64,000 nt of DNA, taken from IMG/VR virus record IMGVR_UViG_3300028738_000008; one strand, 5' to 3'. The position numbers were made by a program, and so were the translations under genes. Below are positions 17,028-26,583 of the stretch, piece after piece. Under the pieces are notes generated by a model. The model searched no databases and was not told the origin of the DNA. It saw only the letters and a list, made by a program, of their open reading frames with translations. This stretch comes from a virus. Lineage: Duplodnaviria > Caudoviricetes. Within the stretch, counting starts at the first letter, position 1. The number at the start of each line of letters is the position of its first letter.

Positions 17028-17483
17028 ATGGAAGCAGTAGCAAATAGTTCAAAAATAGTATCAAAGGATACACAGGCATTAGTAAACGGTATTTCAGAAG
17101 TTATCGCCGTAATCAATAGCAAAATCAAAACAACTGACTGGAAGCAGTCATCGTCATTAAGTGTTTACAACAATCCAAAGTTGTTCTCATTGGTAGCTGA
17201 TTTAGGCACATGCGACAGAAAAAGATTGAAGAGAATTCTAAACAGATGCATGACTAACACAAGTCTTAGGAACATCAATTCAGTTATACATTTCTTATCA
17301 AAAACAGTATATAACGATCTAATTCCTACGGCTTATGTTCGTTTATCAGCCACAGAAACAGCTATACAGTTAGCTAGAAAAAAATACGTGGAATCTCGTA
17401 AGGCAACAGAAGCTTTACAGGCTAAATACAAGGTAGTTAAAGGGGATTACTACAAAATGAAAACAGCATTAGACTTAAAATAA
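17028..17483 (+). CDS. Hypothetical basic protein
   Basis: 151 aa; C-terminal coiled-coil. Confidence 0.75.
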   Translation: MEAVANSSKIVSKDTQALVNGISEVIAVINSKIKTTDWKQSSSLSVYNNPKLFSLVADLGTCDRKRLKRILNRCMTNTSLRNINSVIHFLSKTVYNDLIPTAYVRLSATETAIQLARKKYVESRKATEALQAKYKVVKGDYYKMKTALDLK

Positions 17484-17636
17484 TATCGAAATTATTTTAA
17501 AAAATCGTTGCCGAATCGAAAAAGAACTGGTATATTTGCAGAATGTATCGGTTCTTTTTTTATGTTTGAAATTATGATAATTTAACATCAAAAAAACGTA
17601 TTCGGTTCTATTTATAAAAGCAAAAATTAATTATAT

Positions 17637-20186
17637 ATGACACAAGAAAATGATTTAAGTCCTATTTCGCCAGACCTCATAAAGAAGGCGTCACTAGAAT
17701 ATTTCGGCGGAGATTCATTAGCAGCCGAAGTTTGGATGAACAAGTATTGTTTGAAAGACGACAATAGCTTTTACGAACTAACTCCAGACGATATGCATCG
17801 GAGAATCTCAGGAGAGATCGCAAGAATTGAAAACAACTATCCAAATCCAGTATCCGAGGAAGAAATCTTCCAATCCCTATCACATTTTAAAAGAATTGTT
17901 CCGCAAGGAGGCCCAATGAGTGGCATTGGCAATAACCTTCAAATCGTATCATTAAGTAATTGCTTTGTGATTGGCGATAAAGGTGTTTCAGATTCATATG
18001 GTGGTATCTTGAAAATTGATCAGGAGCAAATTCAATTAATGAAACGACGTGGTGGAGTTGGTCACGATCTATCACACATTAGACCATCAGGATCACCAGT
18101 AAAAAACAGCGCATTAACCTCAACAGGTATTGTGCCATTCATGAAACGTTATAGCAACTCAACAAAAGAGGTTGCACAAGATGGTAGACGTGGTGCTTTA
18201 ATGCTTTCAATAGCCGTAAAACATCCAGACTCGGAAGCTTTCATCGACGCAAAATTGGAGAAAGGCGAAATATCTGGCGCAAACATTTCTGTTAAACTTG
18301 ACGACGAGTTTATGAACAGCCGTTATCTTCCCAACGGAGAATTCGTTCAACAATATCCTATTAACAGTGAAAACCCATCAGTAACCAAAACTATTAACTC
18401 TAATAAGTTATGGGATAAGATTATACACAATGCTTGGAAATCAGCAGAACCTGGAATTTTGTTTTGGGATACAATCATAAAAGAATCTATTCCAGACTGT
18501 TATAAAGATTTTGGGTTTAAAACTGTATCAACAAATCCTTGCGGTGAAATTCCTTTATGTCCATATGATAGTTGTAGATTGCTTGCTTTAAATCTATTTG
18601 GCTATGTCATTAATCCTTTCATGCCAAACGCATCTTTCGATTGGGAGTTATTCAAGTCTGACGTTCGTTTGGGTATGAGATACATGGACGATATCATTGA
18701 TCTTGAAATCGAAAAGATCGACGCAATATTATTGAAGATCGAAAATGACCCAGAGGATGCATTTATCAAAATGTATGAAAAGAATCTTTGGGAGCAGATA
18801 AAAGCAATGACGATCAAAGGTAGACGTACAGGCTTAGGCATCACAGCCGAAGGCGATATGCTTGCTTCCTTGGGCTTACGTTATGGAACTGATCTTGCTA
18901 CTGACTTTGCCGAAGAAGTTCAAAAAACGCTTAAATTAGAGGCTTACAGAGCATCTGTTGAAATGGCTAAAGAACGTGGTGCATTTCCTATTTATGATGC
19001 TAAGCTTGAAGAAAATAATCCCTTCATTGCTAGAATTAAAGAAGAAGACCCACAGTTGTATGCTGATATGCAAAAATATGGTCGTAGAAATATTGCCTTA
19101 TTAACAATTGCGCCAACAGGAACTGTAAGTTTAATGACGCAGACAACATCTGGTATTGAGCCTTGTTTTATGCCTGTGTACATGCGTCGCAGAAAAATCA
19201 ATCCACAGGAAAAAAATGTTCGTGTAGACTTCACTGATTCGGAAGGCATTTGCTGGACAGAATACCCAATCTTTCATCATAAATTTGAATTGTGGCTACA
19301 ATTAAATGGTTATGATGTTGACGCCGTTAAGTTGATGAAACCATCAGAGGTTGAGGAAATTACAAAATTAAGTCCTTATTATCTTGCTACTGCCAATGAT
19401 GTTGATTGGGTGAAAAAGGTTGAAATGCAAGGCAGACTGCAAAAGCATGTCGATCATAGTATTTCCGTAACGGTTAATCTTAAAGCCGACGCAACGGAAG
19501 ACCTTGTTTCAAAGGTATATGAGACTGGATGGAAATCAGGATGTAAAGGTATTACTGTTTACAGAGACGGCTGTCGTGACGGCGTTCTTGTATCAGTAAC
19601 AGACATAAAGGAAAATGAGAAGATCAAAGCATTCCATGACACGCAAGCACCTAAACGTCCTAAACGTGTAAAAGCTGATATTATTAGATTCAATAATAAT
19701 AGCGAAAAATGGATTGGCGTTGTAGGCTTAATCGATGGCAGACCCTATGAAATCTTCACAGGTAAGTTAGAGAACGGCTTAGCAACTATACCACCTTATG
19801 TTAAAGAAGGTATAATCATAAAAAATAAAATGGCTGATGGTACATCACGATACGATATTGAATACACTGATAATGCTGGTGTTGCTCATGTTGTTGAAGG
19901 CTTATCATATAAATTCAATCCAGAATTTTGGAACTACGCCAAACTTGTTTCAGGTATTTTGCGTCATGGTATGCCACTTGTCTATGTTAAGGAATTGGTT
20001 GAGTCGCTGAATCTTAATGACGAAAATTTGAATACATGGAAAAATGGCGTTGTTCGATGTATCAAAAGATATATTAAGGACGGCGTGAAAGGCAAAGGTA
20101 CATGTCCTAATTGCGGTGGAGATCGCCTTGAATATATTGAAGGATGCCTTACTTGCAAGGATTGCGGAAATAGTAAATGTTCGTAA
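17637..20186 (+). CDS. nrdJ: Class II (adenosylcobalamin-dependent) ribonucleotide reductase
   Basis: TNPCGEIPLC, RRTGLG, TIAPTGT, DHSISVTVN and KGITVYRDG motifs; C-terminal CxxC...CxxC. Confidence 0.95.
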   Translation: MTQENDLSPISPDLIKKASLEYFGGDSLAAEVWMNKYCLKDDNSFYELTPDDMHRRISGEIARIENNYPNPVSEEEIFQSLSHFKRIVPQGGPMSGIGNNLQIVSLSNCFVIGDKGVSDSYGGILKIDQEQIQLMKRRGGVGHDLSHIRPSGSPVKNSALTSTGIVPFMKRYSNSTKEVAQDGRRGALMLSIAVKHPDSEAFIDAKLEKGEISGANISVKLDDEFMNSRYLPNGEFVQQYPINSENPSVTKTINSNKLWDKIIHNAWKSAEPGILFWDTIIKESIPDCYKDFGFKTVSTNPCGEIPLCPYDSCRLLALNLFGYVINPFMPNASFDWELFKSDVRLGMRYMDDIIDLEIEKIDAILLKIENDPEDAFIKMYEKNLWEQIKAMTIKGRRTGLGITAEGDMLASLGLRYGTDLATDFAEEVQKTLKLEAYRASVEMAKERGAFPIYDAKLEENNPFIARIKEEDPQLYADMQKYGRRNIALLTIAPTGTVSLMTQTTSGIEPCFMPVYMRRRKINPQEKNVRVDFTDSEGICWTEYPIFHHKFELWLQLNGYDVDAVKLMKPSEVEEITKLSPYYLATANDVDWVKKVEMQGRLQKHVDHSISVTVNLKADATEDLVSKVYETGWKSGCKGITVYRDGCRDGVLVSVTDIKENEKIKAFHDTQAPKRPKRVKADIIRFNNNSEKWIGVVGLIDGRPYEIFTGKLENGLATIPPYVKEGIIIKNKMADGTSRYDIEYTDNAGVAHVVEGLSYKFNPEFWNYAKLVSGILRHGMPLVYVKELVESLNLNDENLNTWKNGVVRCIKRYIKDGVKGKGTCPNCGGDRLEYIEGCLTCKDCGNSKCS

Positions 20187-20299
20187 AAATAATTGCAAAA
20201 ACGCTTGCAGATACGAAAATAAATAACTATATTTGCGAATAATAATTACAATGGGTCTGTCGATAATTATTGGCAGACCCATATTTAACTATAATCTAT

Positions 20300-20512
20300 A
20301 TGGGTAACATTAGTACATATGACTTAGAACAGTTAGAAGCCTTCGTAGGCGTGAAAAGGTGTAAAGTAATAGGAAAGCATCCTCATAGTGGAGAAAATGT
20401 TGATTGCGATAAACTTGTACAGATAGCAAAAGGCATATGTGGCTTAAGAGTTGTTAATGATAAACTTGAGGCATTTTATGTATTCAAACCAAAACAACTC
20501 AAATGTCTATAG
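20300..20512 (+). CDS. Hypothetical protein
   Basis: Behind a TAnnTTTG promoter (about 20206-20235); ends in TAG overlapping the next start. Confidence 0.6.
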   Translation: MGNISTYDLEQLEAFVGVKRCKVIGKHPHSGENVDCDKLVQIAKGICGLRVVNDKLEAFYVFKPKQLKCL

Positions 20513-20799
20513 TCATACGCAATCCATTTGATATTGTCCTCGATGGAGAGGGCGACGAACTATGGAGTGTTATGCACCAATATCATTTTCGTGATGGGGT
20601 GCTACAAGACCCTATGATTCGAATGTATTGCGGAAAGATTGACGATTATGGCGATCTTGAAATAGATAAAGTCTATGACGAACTGGATTGGTTAAAAGAT
20701 TTTGAAATATGTGGTAGAATACCACAGGTTATGCATGACGATGGTTTAGTCTATGACGACCTTACTTACAAATTGAAAATAAAGATTGAAAATAAATAA
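20503..20799 (+). CDS. Hypothetical protein
   Basis: 98 aa, coupled ORF. Confidence 0.65.
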   Translation: MSIVIRNPFDIVLDGEGDELWSVMHQYHFRDGVLQDPMIRMYCGKIDDYGDLEIDKVYDELDWLKDFEICGRIPQVMHDDGLVYDDLTYKLKIKIENK

Positions 20800-20824
20800 T
20801 AACAAAAATTAATAAATTGTATCT

Positions 20825-23098
20825 ATGAAAACTGTAAAAATTTCCGAGGATTTTTATTTAAACTCTCAAGCTGTAAAGAAAGAACAGATTATCGTTCAAC
20901 AAACTGCAACCAATCACATCTTCGTGGTTGACGTATCAGGTTCAATGAGCAGAGAACTGCCATTGATCAGAAAACAACTAAAGAATAAGCTTTCGACTGT
21001 CATGCGTGATGGCGATACTATTTCAATTGTCTGGTTTTCTGGTGGTAGCCAGAGTGGAATCCTAAAGGAAGAAGTTGAGGTAAAGTCCTTAAAAACATTA
21101 TCTGAATTGAATGATGCCGTCGATAGATGGCTGCAACCTGTAGGCTGTACCGCTTTCCAAAGACCTTTAATTCTTACCAAGGAATTGATCGGAAGGATTA
21201 GAAAAAATCGTCCAAACAGTTCATTCTCAATGATCTTCCTAACTGATGGTTACAATAATGATTGTAGCTGGACTAGCGTTGTATCTGCGTTGAAAGACTT
21301 AACCGATGATATTTCAGCATCTACTTTCGTTGAATATGGCTTCTATGCCGATTCACAAAGAATACAAGAAATGGCGTCCATATTAGGTGGCGAAAGAATC
21401 AGCACATCTGATTTCGATGAATTTGAGCCAATCTTTGATAAGAAGATTTCATCTGGCGGCGGTTCAACTAAAAAAATTAGCGTTACAGTTGATACCAAAG
21501 AGCTTTTATTTGGCTTGGTGTACAGTTGCGACGCTGATGGTTCAATCATTCTATACAACGTTGTCGATGGCAAAGTTGCTGTAAATGAATCTGTTAACGA
21601 GATATTTTTCTTCTCGAAATTAGGTAATAACAATTTAAACGAATACCCGAAGGAACTTGACACAGTATTATATACTGCAATATATGTTCTAGCGGATAAT
21701 CTTTTATATGACGAAGCCGAAAAAATCTTCACATTTCTTGGTGATGGATACTATTACAAGGAGCTGATGGATGCTTATGGAAAACAGAAGTTGAACAACT
21801 TCAAGATCTCAATGAAAGCATGTATTACCGACACAAGTTTCAGATTTCCACAAGGCAGGTCAACGATTAAACCTGTTGACGACAATGCTTATTGCTTGAT
21901 GAATCTTATTTCTGATCTCGGTCAAATTAAAGATTGCTTACTATTCACAGGACACAAAGATTTTGTTTATAACAGAATTGGTGCAAAACGTGTGGCGGTT
22001 GGCAGTACATTAACCGAAGGTGAAAAAGAAAAACTAGCACACGCTAAGAATGTTGCAGAAATGGTTGAGATCAGTAAAGACCTTGAAAAAAACAAAGTCG
22101 ATCTTACATTCACGACAACCGACCCAAATGCTGGGAGTCCTCTTACAAACCTTGTTTGGAACGAAGAAAGAGCCAATTTATCGATCTTAGTCAAATATGA
22201 AGGTGTTGTAACACTTCCAAAAAATGACTTCGGAATCGAAAGCGTAGCAAGCTTTAAATACAATACTTATACAGTTATCAAAGACGGTATTCTTAATGTA
22301 ACAAAATTGCCTGTTTCGTACTCGAAAGAACTTGAAGAATTGTTGATTGCCAATGAAGTATCATACTACAATGATTATTTTGAAGGCGACCATATTATCA
22401 ATGCAAATTCGACAGTCCATTACGAACCTCAATACATCGTTATCGACTTGGCGTCACTTCCAATCGTAAACAGAGGAATGGTTCGTTCGATTTCTGCTAC
22501 CGATTTATCGAAACTTGAATGGGAATTGGTGAAATTACAAGGTGCAAAAAAGGTTTTTGATTCGTATAAGAAAGCAATGTTTCCAAAAACAAGCAAGTCT
22601 TATGCAGATATGATCAGTCCTGAATGCGCTGAATGGTTGAAAACAATCGGTATTACTGATTACAATGGCTATGCGCCAAAAACATCAGCAGTCCTTAGCG
22701 GCGACAACTACATGTCCGTAAATCTTATCACAAAGATTAAAGGCTTGTCGGCATTGCCAAAGGTTGAAGATGTTGTCAGCAAAATGGCAAAAGGCGGCGA
22801 TCTAAAATTGGGTGAATTCGTTATGTCGTCAGCAGTTACTGACGTTCTAAATGAGTTAGCTCTTGATAAAGATAACTTACCAGCACTCGAAGAATTCTTC
22901 AACACGCAGTTCAATGAGATTAATACCCTCAAACGTAAGCTGTTGCAGTATATCGCACAGATTAAATTCTCACTTATCCTGTCAAGGAAATGGTTTACAG
23001 AGTTTAAGAATTTCGACGAAAACAAATTGTCCGTCAAATACGATGGACAAGCATTAGACTTTACTTTCGATCTTACCGAAAAGGAAGTGAAAATCTAA
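20825..23098 (+). CDS. von Willebrand factor A domain protein
   Basis: MIDAS motif IFVVDVSGSMS, GCT and IFLTDG. Confidence 0.8.
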   Translation: MKTVKISEDFYLNSQAVKKEQIIVQQTATNHIFVVDVSGSMSRELPLIRKQLKNKLSTVMRDGDTISIVWFSGGSQSGILKEEVEVKSLKTLSELNDAVDRWLQPVGCTAFQRPLILTKELIGRIRKNRPNSSFSMIFLTDGYNNDCSWTSVVSALKDLTDDISASTFVEYGFYADSQRIQEMASILGGERISTSDFDEFEPIFDKKISSGGGSTKKISVTVDTKELLFGLVYSCDADGSIILYNVVDGKVAVNESVNEIFFFSKLGNNNLNEYPKELDTVLYTAIYVLADNLLYDEAEKIFTFLGDGYYYKELMDAYGKQKLNNFKISMKACITDTSFRFPQGRSTIKPVDDNAYCLMNLISDLGQIKDCLLFTGHKDFVYNRIGAKRVAVGSTLTEGEKEKLAHAKNVAEMVEISKDLEKNKVDLTFTTTDPNAGSPLTNLVWNEERANLSILVKYEGVVTLPKNDFGIESVASFKYNTYTVIKDGILNVTKLPVSYSKELEELLIANEVSYYNDYFEGDHIINANSTVHYEPQYIVIDLASLPIVNRGMVRSISATDLSKLEWELVKLQGAKKVFDSYKKAMFPKTSKSYADMISPECAEWLKTIGITDYNGYAPKTSAVLSGDNYMSVNLITKIKGLSALPKVEDVVSKMAKGGDLKLGEFVMSSAVTDVLNELALDKDNLPALEEFFNTQFNEINTLKRKLLQYIAQIKFSLILSRKWFTEFKNFDENKLSVKYDGQALDFTFDLTEKEVKI

Positions 23099-23300
23099 AT
23101 AAATAAAATGCGGTGCTTCTATGAGGCATCGCATTATTTACTTTCACACAATTTTGATTACGGCTCAGATGAAATTGGAAAGCTAGTTATGATTGTCAAA
23201 CCGTCTAAATGTGTTCTCACAGGATGCGGCGATTTTTAATAAAGCATATATAAAAAAAATAAGTAAAATCTTGTGGTGTAAAGACGAACCGCATAAATAT

Positions 23301-23924
23301 ATGACAAATACACAAAAATTTGTAAAGCGAGAATTAGAGATTCTTGCAGCAACAGTTCCAGATGCAGTTATAACACCTTTCGCAAAAGAAATACTTGCTT
23401 TATGTGAAGCATTTGGGAACTCAGGGCAGAGTGGAGGTTCTGCGCCATATACAGCAAGCGTGCTTGCGCAAGCAATTAAGAAACTTTTACTCCAAGAGCC
23501 AATTTGCGACGTAACTGGACATGAGAATGAATGGATTAACGTTAGCGAAGTTTCTAATGACATTGACTTATATCAGAATTGTAGATGTAGTGCTTTATTT
23601 AAAAATAGCAAGGAGAGCAAAGCGAATTATTTGGATGCCATTGTTTGGAAGGGGACGGAAGCATATGACACATTTACAGGTAGAGTTTATATCGACGATA
23701 AAGACTTCGAACTGATTGGGAGTAGCCATTATGTGAAATTTCCGTTTAAACCAAAAACATTTTATATCGATGTGGTTCGAGTTCCAATTACAAAAGAATT
23801 GGCTGAAAGTAGAGGCATGCACTATATTGAAGACGGGTTAAAAGAATGTTACTATACTATTTTAAAAAATCCCAAACAATTGGAAAAGGTTTTTAAATAC
23901 TATGATAAAAGATGTATCGTCTAA
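23301..23924 (+). CDS. Hypothetical phage protein
   Basis: Likely start ATG 23301 (track start 23193). Confidence 0.75.
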   Translation: MTNTQKFVKRELEILAATVPDAVITPFAKEILALCEAFGNSGQSGGSAPYTASVLAQAIKKLLLQEPICDVTGHENEWINVSEVSNDIDLYQNCRCSALFKNSKESKANYLDAIVWKGTEAYDTFTGRVYIDDKDFELIGSSHYVKFPFKPKTFYIDVVRVPITKELAESRGMHYIEDGLKECYYTILKNPKQLEKVFKYYDKRCIV

Positions 23925-24178
23925 ATGCGCCCTCACAAGATAAGAAACATATGTATAAAAAAATAAGTAAAACCGACGAAATTAATGCTCGGCTACAACA
24001 AGAAGGAAAGGTATATTTATTGAATACTGATAAGGATTTACAAAAAATGATCGATATGAATCAGATTATGGATGAAGCTAGATACGAACATCAGGATTTT
24101 GTTCTTAACTTCTGTCCTACTTGTATTCAAATGACAAACCATTTGAGTGGAATATGTCAAAAATGTCGAATTAAATAA
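23912..24178 (+). CDS. Hypothetical protein with C-terminal CxxC...CxxC
   Basis: 88 aa ORF. Confidence 0.55.
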   Translation: MYRLNAPSQDKKHMYKKISKTDEINARLQQEGKVYLLNTDKDLQKMIDMNQIMDEARYEHQDFVLNFCPTCIQMTNHLSGICQKCRIK

Positions 24179-24240
24179 TATCTCATTATCAGTCAGTTAG
24201 AATTATTACGAAGAATTTTTTCATTTTATATGGAAAAATG

Positions 24241-24271
24241 TTTGGTAGTTAAAAAAATTGTATTACTTTTG
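24241..24271 (+). promoter_or_regulatory. Bacteroidota housekeeping-sigma promoter of tRNA operon 4
   Basis: TTTG-N19-TACTTTTG. Confidence 0.85.
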
Positions 24272-24375
24272 TGCCATGATCATCAAATGAGGCGACGAGA
24301 TTTTATTTTAATACTTCTCAAACTTTTATGAAAATCATACTATTTATATTTTTAAAACATACAAAAAAAACGAAA

Positions 24376-24522
24376 ATGAAAAGGAACATATCATCAGCAA
24401 CCATATCGGGAATTACATCGGGATCAATATCTCGCAATAGTAATGGTATGTCAAGATGTAATTTCATTTTTACAGGTATTAATACAGGCATACAAAAAAT
24501 AGATTGGGTTCTCTTAATGTGA
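24376..24522 (+). CDS. Leader peptide 4 MKRNISSATISGITSGSISRNSNGMSRCNFIFTGINTGIQKIDWVLLM (Ser/Gly/Thr/Ile/Asn/Arg/Met/Cys/Phe sensor)
   Basis: 36 of the 38 residues at positions 2-39 belong to the nine amino acids of the downstream tRNAs; may also start at 24328. Confidence 0.85.
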   Translation: MKRNISSATISGITSGSISRNSNGMSRCNFIFTGINTGIQKIDWVLLM

Positions 24523-24544
24523 GAATTTTAAAACCTTAAACAGG

Positions 24545-24578
24545 AAACCCGATCTACAGCAAATAGATCGGGTTTTTT
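24545..24578 (+). terminator. Attenuator terminator 4
   Basis: AAACCCGATCTA-cagcaaa-TAGATCGGGTTT plus T run. Confidence 0.9.
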
Positions 24579-24629
24579 CGTTGATAGCAGTAAGGCTATC
24601 GTTTCTTTGACATGTTGGAATTAAAATAA

Positions 24630-24714
24630 GCAAGGCTAGCTAAGTGGTCGAAAGTAGGTGATTGCAAACCATCTGGAAGAAATTCCCTCACTGGTTCAAA
24701 TCCAGTGCCTTGCT
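24630..24714 (+). tRNA. tRNA-Cys(GCA) with long variable arm
   Basis: GCAAGGC/GCCTTGC; loop TTGCAAA; U73; 16-nt extra arm GGAA-GAAA-TTCC. Confidence 0.85.
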
Positions 24715-24734
24715 CATATCATATTGATAATCAT

Positions 24735-24810
24735 AGGGTTGTATCACCTCTGCCTGATAAGCAGTTGAAAGTGTAATGGTCACATGTGGGTTCAAGTCCC
24801 ATCCTCCCTA
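24735..24810 (+). tRNA. Atypical D-armless tRNA-Ile(GAT)
   Basis: AGGGTTG/CCTCCCT acceptor, TATCAC linker, CTGC-CTGATAA-GCAG, GTG-TAATGGT-CAC hairpin, T arm GTGGG-TTCAAGT-CCCAT. Confidence 0.65.
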
Positions 24811-24840
24811 CAACAAAGAAAAAATAAAGTTGCTTAATTT

Positions 24841-24866
24841 TGTAACCTTTTCAAAGTTTCTTCGTA
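24841..24866 (+). promoter_or_regulatory. Internal ECF-type promoter
   Basis: TGTAAC-N16-CGTA. Confidence 0.7.
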
Positions 24867-24942
24867 TAATAGAAAAAGATTTATGAGTACAAAAATTAAA
24901 TGATGATTTTTCGAACCATTGTAGTATTTATATTAAAATAGT

Positions 24943-25614
24943 ATGATGAAAGATCAAATTATCGAATTACGAAAATTGGGAAATTCGTACAACGAAATAG
25001 TAAGTAAACTTGGTTGTACAAAGTCAAATGTCTCATATCATTGTGGCAAATTAGGAATTAATTTACATAATGATAATCCGAAAAAAATAAGTGAACAAAT
25101 CGTAGAGTCAATAAGAAACGATAAAATTTCGTTGTCGTCTAAAGAGATTGCTTTAAAATATAATGTTAGCGTAAGTACAGTGAATAAATTTACAAAGATG
25201 AAGTCAAGGTCTTTAGATATAAAACCTGAAAGTAGCGTATGTTTAAATTGTGGTAAAGAAACACCGTATAGAAAAGAGAAACGATTTTGTAGCAATCAAT
25301 GCGGTGCTCAATATATACACAAATTGGCTTATAAAGATTTTTTAGAAAATAACGAAAAATATTGTGTTGGAAATTACACAGCTAAAAATTTTAAGGACTT
25401 TATTGTAGCTGAGCAAAATGATAAATGCTTGATATGTGGAATGTCAGCAATTTGGGAAAACAAAATATTAGTTTTCGTTTTAGATCACATTGACGGTAAT
25501 GCTTCAAATAACAAAAGAGAAAATTTAAGATTAATTTGTCCTAATTGCGATTCGCAAACAAGCACATTTAAATCGAAAACGAAGGTTTCAATGAGAAGAA
25601 ATTATAATAAATAA
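24943..25614 (+). mobile_element. HNH homing endonuclease with N-terminal HTH, inserted in the tRNA operon
   Basis: LDHIDGNASNNKRENLRLICPNCDSQT; CLNC...FCSNQC zinc finger. Confidence 0.9.
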
Positions 25615-25619
25615 TATAT

Positions 25620-25702
25620 GGAAGGTAGCATGCAGTGGTGCATAAGTGGCTTTGAACACCATGCCGATGTAAAAGTCGAGAGTTCGATTCTTTTACCTTC
25701 CG
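25620..25702 (+). tRNA. tRNA-Ser(TGA)
   Basis: GGAAGGT/ACCTTCC; loop TTTGAAC; long arm; G73. Confidence 0.85.
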
Positions 25703-25709
25703 CTTAGAA

Positions 25710-26015
25710 GTAAGATTAGTCTGAGACAAAGTACACGTCATGGCAACCACGCCAGCTTCTACACGCATAGCTGATTGATTAACAGAGTCATTCAGTCTGG
25801 TACTTAGAAGTAGTGTTAGCAATTGTTCTGTTTATTTGCTAATGATATTTATTAATTGCCGTTTCCGAATTGCTTAAGATGCTGCCATTAAGATTCTGTT
25901 TGGGACAATTAGAAAGGATGTGTTGAACTACCCGATTATAAAAGGTCTCCTGAGATTTTATGAATCTTTGTAATAAGGTTCGTGGTCGTGAGTAAGAGGC
26001 TCACATCGGAAATAA
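25710..26015 (+). ncRNA. Candidate structured ncRNA (about 300 nt) between tRNA-Ser and tRNA-Phe
   Basis: No credible ORF; hairpins CAGCT/AGCTG, TTAGCAA/TTGCTAA, GTGAG/CTCAC; long-range TTTCCGA/TCGGAAA. Confidence 0.35.
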
Positions 26016-26028
26016 AATATTTAAAATT

Positions 26029-26102
26029 GGGGAGGTAGCTCAGTTGGTAGTAGCGGTGGATTGAAGATCCACAGGTCGTCGGTTCAAGTCCGACTCTCCC
26101 CA
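26029..26102 (+). tRNA. tRNA-Phe(GAA)
   Basis: GTGGA-TTGAAGA-TCCAC. Confidence 0.92.
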
Positions 26103-26183
26103 CGAAAAACAATGGTGCTTAGTATTGTTACTTCAATGGATGAAACAAAACACAATGCTGCAAAATTCCTTGTTTTTATTATC

Positions 26184-26257
26184 GCAGTGATGGTGTTTAA
26201 TGGTTAGCATATAACCTTGCCAAGGTTGAGGTGGAAGTTCGAATCTTCTTCATTGCT
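26184..26257 (+). tRNA. tRNA-Gly(GCC)
   Basis: TAACC-TTGCCAA-GGTTG; U73. Confidence 0.9.
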
Positions 26258-26329
26258 CTTTTTTTATATTTATTATTTCGGTGATGAAATCTAAATATTT
26301 TTTTGATGTTCGCTCTTTGACATATTTTT

Positions 26330-26468
26330 GAGCAGATGTATCGATAACATAATAATCAATAGAATTATTGGCGCATGCTGTTATTTTTAAATTATCATTG
26401 ATCTGGGTTTGACGTAATTTTCTCTCGCCAAAAACAGGTAAATTAAATTTAATCCCGATCACCTGCTC
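26330..26468 (+). ncRNA. Candidate rod-shaped ncRNA (6S-like architecture)
   Basis: GAGCAG..ATCG / CGAT..CTGCTC closing stem, AT-rich bubble, inner TTGGCG/CGCCAA stem. Confidence 0.35.
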
Positions 26469-26481
26469 CACAAATTAAATT

Positions 26482-26567
26482 GCAGTAATCGCATAGTTGG
26501 TCGATTGCGCCAGCCTTCCAAGCTGGAAAGAGAAATCACGGCGAGGGTTCGAATCCCTCTTACTGCT
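26482..26567 (+). tRNA. tRNA-Gly(TCC) with long variable region
   Basis: CCAGC-CTTCCAA-GCTGG; 16-nt variable region; U73. Confidence 0.85.
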
Positions 26568-26583
26568 CAATAAATTGTTAATA

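Noticed and set aside
5340-24580. T-box riboswitches as the tRNA-operon leaders
   Set aside because: No T-box consensus (AAGGTGGTACC-like) or Stem I motifs seen. The leaders are short ORFs with codon runs, fitting ribosome-mediated attenuation.
25710-26015. tmRNA, RNase P RNA or group I/II intron
   Set aside because: No tRNA-like ends or ALAA-type tag frame, no GAGGAAAGUCC-like RNase P core, and no recognisable intron core or domain V by eye.
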